Below, piece by piece: positions 56,341-64,000 of a DNA stretch of 64,000 bases. The notes under the pieces were generated by a model. That model had not been told where the DNA came from, ran no database searches, and worked only from the letters and a program-made list of their open reading frames with translations. Origin of the DNA: the human T2T-CHM13v2.0 reference genome, Homo sapiens; assembly GCF_009914755.1 (NCBI RefSeq), contig NC_060940.1; one strand, written 5' to 3'. Positions within the stretch are counted from its first letter, which is position 1, and each line of letters begins with the position of its first letter. Made by a program: the position numbers and the translations under genes.

Positions 56341-57847
56341 ATGGCCCATTCATTTGTGTTGTAGCTCATCATAGATGTATTTCTTGGATGACATGCACGT
56401 AACCCCCGGGAGTCTTCAGTTGAGCCAAATGTAGAGCAAGTCAGAGTCCTGAGTGAAGCTGGCTGGGGCAGGAAAAACACGAGCTCAGCCAACATGGTCC
56501 CCAGCAGCTTTTGGCGTCAGTGATAGAGAAATCGGAGATAGTGGAGGTTGTGGCAAGTTGAAGTGTGCCCACCACGTCTAAGGGAAGCTTAGGGACTCAG
56601 CTCTGGCTCACCCCTGCTGTGCAGAAATGTGCGTTCATTTTTCTAGAGAAGCCAGAAAAACAAAGATTTACGTGAAATTTTCCCAATTTTAAATGTTAGC
56701 CACAAATGCAGTGTTTTTTTAAGAAAACCACACACTTTGGCCAAACAAAATGCCTACGTCGGCCGGGTGAGGCTTAAAGGTTGCCGGCTTGCATCAGAGA
56801 TCCAGAGGAAGTCACAGCATTTTAACAGCTAAACTTAATCCTCACAGGAAGTCATCAAGTGAATTAAGTGATATTGAAGGAGGGGACACATCCATCCATC
56901 CGACATTTATTGAGTGCCACATAGGACAGGCATGGGTATGTGAGGATGAGTAGGGTAGACAACACTCTACAGCGAGCTGGAAGAGGCCAGGGAGGCCCCG
57001 TCTGCCTTGTTCTTCGTACCCCAATGCTTGGCACTTGGTGGGCATTCAGTAAGGAATGAATGAACGCACGCACAGAGGAATGAATAGATGGGCACACAGT
57101 GTGTGCCCTCACAGCACATGGCCCATCACTGGGTAGAAGGCAAGTCAGTAAGTAGACAGGGGTAATGCAGGGAGCCGAGGGCCTCCAGGTGGAGGAACAT
57201 GGAGGACCACAGGAGCACAGAGCAGAGTTCTCATCCCACTGGAGAGCTTAGGGAACTTTCTGGATGTGATGCGTGAGCAGAGTCCAAAAGGACAAAACAG
57301 AGAGAGGGAAAACAAGGTGGAAGTTCTTGTTAGGTGCCACTGCCACCCCAGGGGGTCAGCTTGGGGGACTCCCTGGCTCTTGGGGGCCAACCGCAGAGCT
57401 GCCCTGTTCCCACCTATCAGCTAGCTTGGTGTTGGCACCGTGGAAGGAAAGTGAACAGTGTTGGAGATCTGGGACAGATGTGATATTAATACAGGATCCA
57501 TTTCTTGGAGTGTTTTCCAACTCTTATTCCAAGTGGACACCCAGAAACATCCCTTTTAAATGTTAATGGGGTTTTTATTGACGGTATAAAGGTTAAGAGC
57601 TTGCGAAAGATACAATTGTCAGTACACTCCTTCCAGTTCCGGAGGCCGCCAGTAAGTGGCAGTCTTTCCCTGTCGCTGGCTGCAGGTCACCCTTGGCCTC
57701 GGTGGAACTTGTGTGGGTCATTCTCAGTCCATTTGAAAGTTGGGCCTGTTCGGTTGTGTATAATTTTCTGTTCATCATTTTTCTGGCAATCTCAGGACAG
57801 AAGTCCTCTGATCCTCCTGTGAGAAGTAAACATTAATGTTATTAGAT

Positions 57848-58141
<294 letters not shown>

Positions 58142-58339
58142 TGTTATTAGACTTGGAATGGGACAAAAGTCATATGAGACAGACTTGTTTGCTGAGGTAT
58201 TTAAAAAACAAAATGGTCTAAGATGGCAGATTCTTGGGGAACTCTGCTCTGTGCACATTTCTGCCTATTAAAGTGGCCGTAAAAACAACCATAAATCCTT
58301 GATGAGGACACCTCAGGAGCTTTAGGACGGTGCCATTCT

Positions 58340-58497
58340 TTTTTAATTAAAAGCTTTTTATTTGATTTGATTTTTCTGTAGAGACAGGGTCTCGGCTATG
58401 TTGACCAGGCTGGTCTTGAACTCTTGGCCTTAAGTGATCCTTCTGCCTCAACCTCCCAAAGTGCTGAGATTATAGGCATGAGTCACCACACCTGGCC
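58340..58497 (-). mobile_element. FLAM / Alu left monomer
   Basis: Antisense single monomer, TSD gtgccattct. Confidence 0.8.
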
Positions 58498-58586
58498 AGG
58501 GCAGTGCCATTCTAAGGCAACGGCTTCAACTCGGTCTTCTTTTCTGGGGTTACAGGAGATGGGAAGGGCCGAAGGTAGCATGAGAA

Positions 58587-58588
58587 CG

Positions 58589-58624
<36 letters not shown>

Positions 58625-58640
58625 TGTGCATGTGTATGTG
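58587..58640. repeat. Imperfect (TG)n microsatellite
   Basis: Seen directly. Confidence 0.92.
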
Positions 58641-60847
58641 GAAGGACTGGTGAGATGGCTGGAGGAAGAGGCAGTCCTTCTGCTTAACTCTAATGGCCTA
58701 AATGTGAGAAACAAAGATTCAGGAAATAAGGAAAAAGCAAATGAGTGATTGCCTCTCTGGATCAAGCACACCAGCAGGCACAACCAGCCTTTCTTGAGCT
58801 ACTGTGTGCCGGGCGCTGTGCCGTGCCCTTGCATGCATGTGGATGCTTCATGAGTTCATGAAGTAGGTATGCTTCCAGCCCCATTTTTCAGAGAAAGAAA
58901 CTGAGGCTGAACAATCTTGCAGCTGTCAAGTGGCAGAGCAGGGGTTTGAACCCAGGTCCAAGAGTTCTTAACCACCATGTTTTCCTGCCCTTGATGTATG
59001 AAATGAGATGATGTAGTCACATGCCAGCTTGTCTAGGGATGACTCAGAGGTTTAGAGATGGATGTCACGTGGATGTTGTACAGGAGAGGCAGGTATAAGC
59101 TGTAGTAAAGTTAGGAAAGGCACAGTGACGTGGAGCACTGTGTGCAGTGGACGGGGTCATGGCTGGGGGTGAGAATGGTGGAGGACCTTCGATTATTTCA
59201 TCAGCGTTGTTTCTGTAACCAAAGAGCTGCATGACCAAACCCTGAGATCTAGTTCCTTAATAGGAACAATTATTCGGCACGATTCCCTTTACTTAAAAGC
59301 AGGGGCCGTCCTAAGGGAGGAGTTGGAAAGAGTTTGGGGGATAAGGTTTGCTTGGTTGCCTTCTGTTTAGGCTGATGTTCAGTGGGGGTCAAAGGCTGTG
59401 TGTCCAGTCCCTGGCATGTGGCGGGTGTTTGTGGTACACAGCCAGCCTCAGGATGGCCCCCAGGGATGCACACTGCCTTTGTGTGTGGTCCCCTCCCACA
59501 CTGAATCAGGCTGGCTCTGTGCGACCAGTGGGAAGTGGTGGAAGTGAGTGATGATGTGTGACTTCTCGGGCTAGGTCGTAACAGGCATTGCACTTTGGCT
59601 CTCGGGAAGCCAACTGCCTTGCGTGAGGGTGCTCAGGCAGCCTCGTGGGGAGGGGTGAGGCCCCTGGCCCCCAGCATGTACAGCTTGCCACCACGTGAGT
59701 GAGCCAGCTTGGAAGCGAATTTCCCCGCCCCGGTCAAGCCTTCTGGTGAGTGCAACTGCAGATGACATCTGACTTCCACCACTCAAGAGACCCCAGGTCA
59801 GTGCTGCCCAGCTGAGCTCTTCCCAGGTTCTTTATGTCCCCCGAAAATGAGCTGTTTTAAGTTTAGAAAACTTAAAAACACAGTGACAATGAAGCACAGA
59901 TATGCATTACATACAGTCCCAAATCAGTAATGACTTCAAGCTGTGTCCTCTCTTTCCAAGAAAGACAAAGCAGAGAACAAAGTTCAACCTACAGTGTCTT
60001 CCCAAATTCTTGACCCACGGGATCTGTGAATATCTTATACGACTGAATTAAGCCTCTAAGTTTTGGGGTAACTCATGCAACATTAGGTAACTGGAATAGT
60101 GCTCAATAAATGTCTGTCACATGAATGGGCAGTGACCATGGATGCATTTCTAGTTGTGTATTAGTTAAGGCTCTCTTGGTTTCAAGTAACAGAAATCCAA
60201 CTCCAACTAGCTTGAGCAAAATGGGGCATTCCTCTGGTCAAGTAACGGAGAAATCCAAGAGTCTCTGGCTTCATGCATAGCGGGACCCAGTCTCAATTTC
60301 CACCTCCTGGCTCTGCTTCCCTTGATGCCAACTTTCAGGAATCAGCTTTCTGAAAGACCACTCTGCTAGAAACAGACAGGCCCATCCTTTCAACCAGGTC
60401 CAGGACTGTTTGCTCAGTCACTGCTCTCAGAGGCAGGGGCAGAGGCAGATGCCGGGCACACATCCACAGAAGTGGAGATGGCAGGAAACTGAGAGTGGAG
60501 TGCTGGAAAGCTGGCTTTTGCCTATGGGTTCCGCTTCTGACATCATCCGGCAATGTCAGGCTTTACATTGCCCCCATCTGCAGACCCAGCAGAAGGACAG
60601 CTTCCATCCCACCACATCAATATGCCAGTCCTGGGGCGGGGGAAGGACTTATGGGCAACCTTTGCAGAATCACTGGGGCCTGGCCGCACATGAGCCATGC
60701 CCACGCTCATGTGACAGGCGGCCCCTGTGCCTGGGGTGCTGTATTACCCAGAGGAATAAGTGATCCTGGGTGGGCAAAAGCAACAGAAGAGAAGTCAGCT
60801 CCACTTCCTTCCAAAACTTGAGAAGGCCTGGTCAAAATCACCCTCCA

Positions 60848-61147
<300 letters not shown>

Positions 61148-61407
61148 TCAGCCTCCATTTTTGGCTTTCTCTTTCATTAGAAAAATGAACCTGACTTTAT
61201 GACCATGACAATGAAATGCCTAGAGAAGGGAGCACTCATTTTCCAGTGGGCCTACTGTGTGCTGGGGTGGCGAGACTCTTCCTGCCCTGGAACTTGGTGA
61301 GGTCAGGAGGGAAGATATGATATGACTGCCTTCCTCTGTACTTTTTCAGTGGGGGCAGGTGTTTATGCTTGATGATGCAATGGTGAGATCTTGGTTGGAA
61401 TATGAAC

Positions 61408-61799
<392 letters not shown>

Positions 61800-62322
61800 G
61801 GGTTGTTGAAGATGCCACCCATCTACATATTCTTTCAGATGCACAATATTTCACTGTGTGAATGAAACAGCAGCCCTTCTTACGTGTGCTTTTTGGAATT
61901 TGAAGATTTTGTAAGATAAGATGAATGCATTGGAACAAGTGATCCTCAATTCTGTGCAGTCTGTGCCTCCGGAGACTGGCGGCTGCCCCTCCCTGTCTAG
62001 TCTTGCAAGAGAGGCAGCTGGCAAGAGGACAGAAGCCGGCAGCTGCTGCGTTTTCATCCTGTTTCTGCTCTTGGAGCTGAGGGGGAGAGGTGGCTAGCAG
62101 CCACCCAGTGATCAAACTTGCAGCCTGCCTCTCTTGCTTCCTTTTCACAGACTGGAGTGTGCCTGGGTATGGAGAAAGAACATTTTGCTTCTTGCCTCTC
62201 AGAGTTTCAAGAACGCCTCACCTGAGTGGCATGCATTCATGGAATGAGTAATTATTACAGTGGAGAACTCCTCACTGTGAATTAATTACACAGATGATAT
62301 TCAAGACTTAGACTGGGCTAGT

Positions 62323-62846
62323 GCAGGGGTTAGCAAACTATGGCCCACTGTTCTTGTTTTATAAATAAAGTGTTATGAGCACACAGCCATGCCCATTCAT
62401 TTGCAGATTATGGCTGCTTTTGCCTGACAGTGCCAGATGTAAGTAGTTGTGGCAAAGACCAGGTAGCCTAAAAAGCCTAAAATACTTGCTATCTGGGTCT
62501 TTACAGAAGACATTTTGTTGTTGTTGTTGTTGTTTTTGAGATGGGGTCTTTCTCTGTCACCCAGGCTGGAGTGCAGTGGTGTGATCTCAGCTCACTGCAA
62601 CCTCCGCCTCTTGGGTTCAAATGATTATCGTGCCTCAGCCTCCCTAGTAGCTGGGATTAGAGGCGCCTGCCACCAAGCCTGGCTAATTTTTGCATTTTTA
62701 GTAGAAACAGGGCTTTACCATGTTGGCCAGGCTGGTCTCAAACCCCGACCTCAGATGATCTGCCTGCCTCAGCCTCCCAAAGTGCTGGGATTACAGGTGT
62801 GAGCCACTGCGCCTGGCCTAGAAAATGTTTTCTAACCTGTTGTCTA
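62323..62846. mobile_element. MER58A-like DNA transposon interrupted by an antisense Alu (about 62514-62818)
   Basis: caggggttagcaaactatggccc start; resumes agaaaatgttttctaacc after the Alu. Confidence 0.78.
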
Positions 62847-62889
62847 GTGGGTGCTTTGTAAAGTTTAGTTTTAGGGGGAGCATCATTAA

Positions 62890-64000
62890 TTCATTCAACA
62901 AGTATTAACTGAGCATCTCCCCTGTGCTGAGTGCTGCTTGGCATACTGGGGGTTTAGTGGTGTGAGAGAGACCGAGCCTCAGCTCTTAGGAGCACAGTGC
63001 TGATGGAGGACGAAAGGTAAACACACACATTAGAAGTTGTTGGATAATGCCAGGCGTTACGAAGAAAAGAAGCAGAACAAGGCAATGTGACAGAGGATGA
63101 TTGGTATCATGGAAGGTCTCTCTGAGGAGGCAGCATCTGAGCTGAGACCTGAGGAGGGGAAGGGCCAGTTATGCAAAGATCTGGGGGAAGAGCTGCCCAG
63201 GCAGAAGGGACCATAATTGCAAAGGCCCCCAGGAGGAAATGAGCTCCCTGAGTTTCAGGAATAGCAAAGAGGCCAGGGTGGCCAGAGTCAAGTGATTGAG
63301 AGGAAGAGATGAGAACGATGGCAGGGACCGGGTCATGTGGGTGCCCTGGAAAGGAGTTTAGATTTTATTCTAATGGCAACAGAAGGCATTGGAGGGTTTA
63401 AGTAGGGAAAGGGGAGTGATCTGATGTATGTTTTTAAACAATTGCTTCTTTAAATTTTGAGGAGATTGGATTATTGGGAAGCAAGAATGAATTTAGGGAG
63501 AGAAGCAAAGAGGACGTTGTGTTGGTTTAGGCAAAAGACAGCAATGGCTTGGATTGGGGTGATGGAAGTAACAGTGGCAGGAAGTGGTGAGCTTGGGGCT
63601 ATGCTTCAGAGATAGAGCAGAAAGGTCTTGCTGATGTATTTAATACAGGAGGTGAGGGAAGGGAGGAATCAACGATAAGTGAATCGTTTGTTTCTAGCTG
63701 AACCACTGAAATGTGTAGGTAAATTGAGACTTCTGTTTTGGCCATCGTGAGTTTGAGATGCTTATCAGACACCCGAGTCTGCAGCCTGGGTGAGAAATCA
63801 CGGCTGGAGATGAGACGTGGTGAGCTGGGAGTGTTTTTGGATGACAGATGAGGCCACGGGATTGAATAATAGGTATCCTTATGAAGACTGAGAAAAGGAG
63901 AGGGCTGGGGGCCAAGCCCTGGGACAGTGCAACCTTCAGAGGATGGGCGAGGAGGGCCCTGCCCAAGAGACAGAGAGGAAGTGGCCCGTGAGGTAGGGGG
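62890..64000. mobile_element. L2 remnant
   Basis: tcattcaacaagtattaactgagc; tgagctgagacctga; gagtttgagatgcttatcagaca. Confidence 0.7.

Larger units (their letters stand above)
55857..56360 (+). other. 3' UTR of the major isoform, with three ATTTA pentamers (56089, 56112, 56139)
   Basis: Between stop and poly(A) signal; AU-rich stretch 56088-56143; 3' end estimated. Confidence 0.8.

Overview
Human (primate) genomic DNA from the chromosome 16p segmental duplication that carries the NOMO genes. The window holds coding exons 3-31 of a nodal modulator gene on the + strand; exons 1-2 and the promoter lie upstream. All 29 exons have canonical AG/GT ends, splice in frame, and encode residues 86-1222, ending KKQKTRRT-TGA at 55856, with AATAAA at 56335-56340. 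Paralogue-diagnostic residues, compared with sequences I recall, point to NOMO3. About 5.4 kb past the poly(A) signal is the MIR3179 hairpin (61716-61799). Introns and flanks are dense with Alu, L1, L2, MIR, LTR and DNA-transposon remnants. Nearly all long entries in the ORF track are exon read-through or Alu/L1 artefacts. I found no convincing undescribed biological system. The most interesting signals: the stop codon overlaps a splice donor that can add a 45-aa alternative C-terminus; the TM helix sits on one in-frame skippable exon; three Alus are stacked at one target site; there is a tiny twin-primed L1PA insertion; a MADE1 hairpin carries a compensatory base-pair change; and several young tandem duplications could mark the paralogue. 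Repeat boundaries and subfamilies were read by eye and are approximate.
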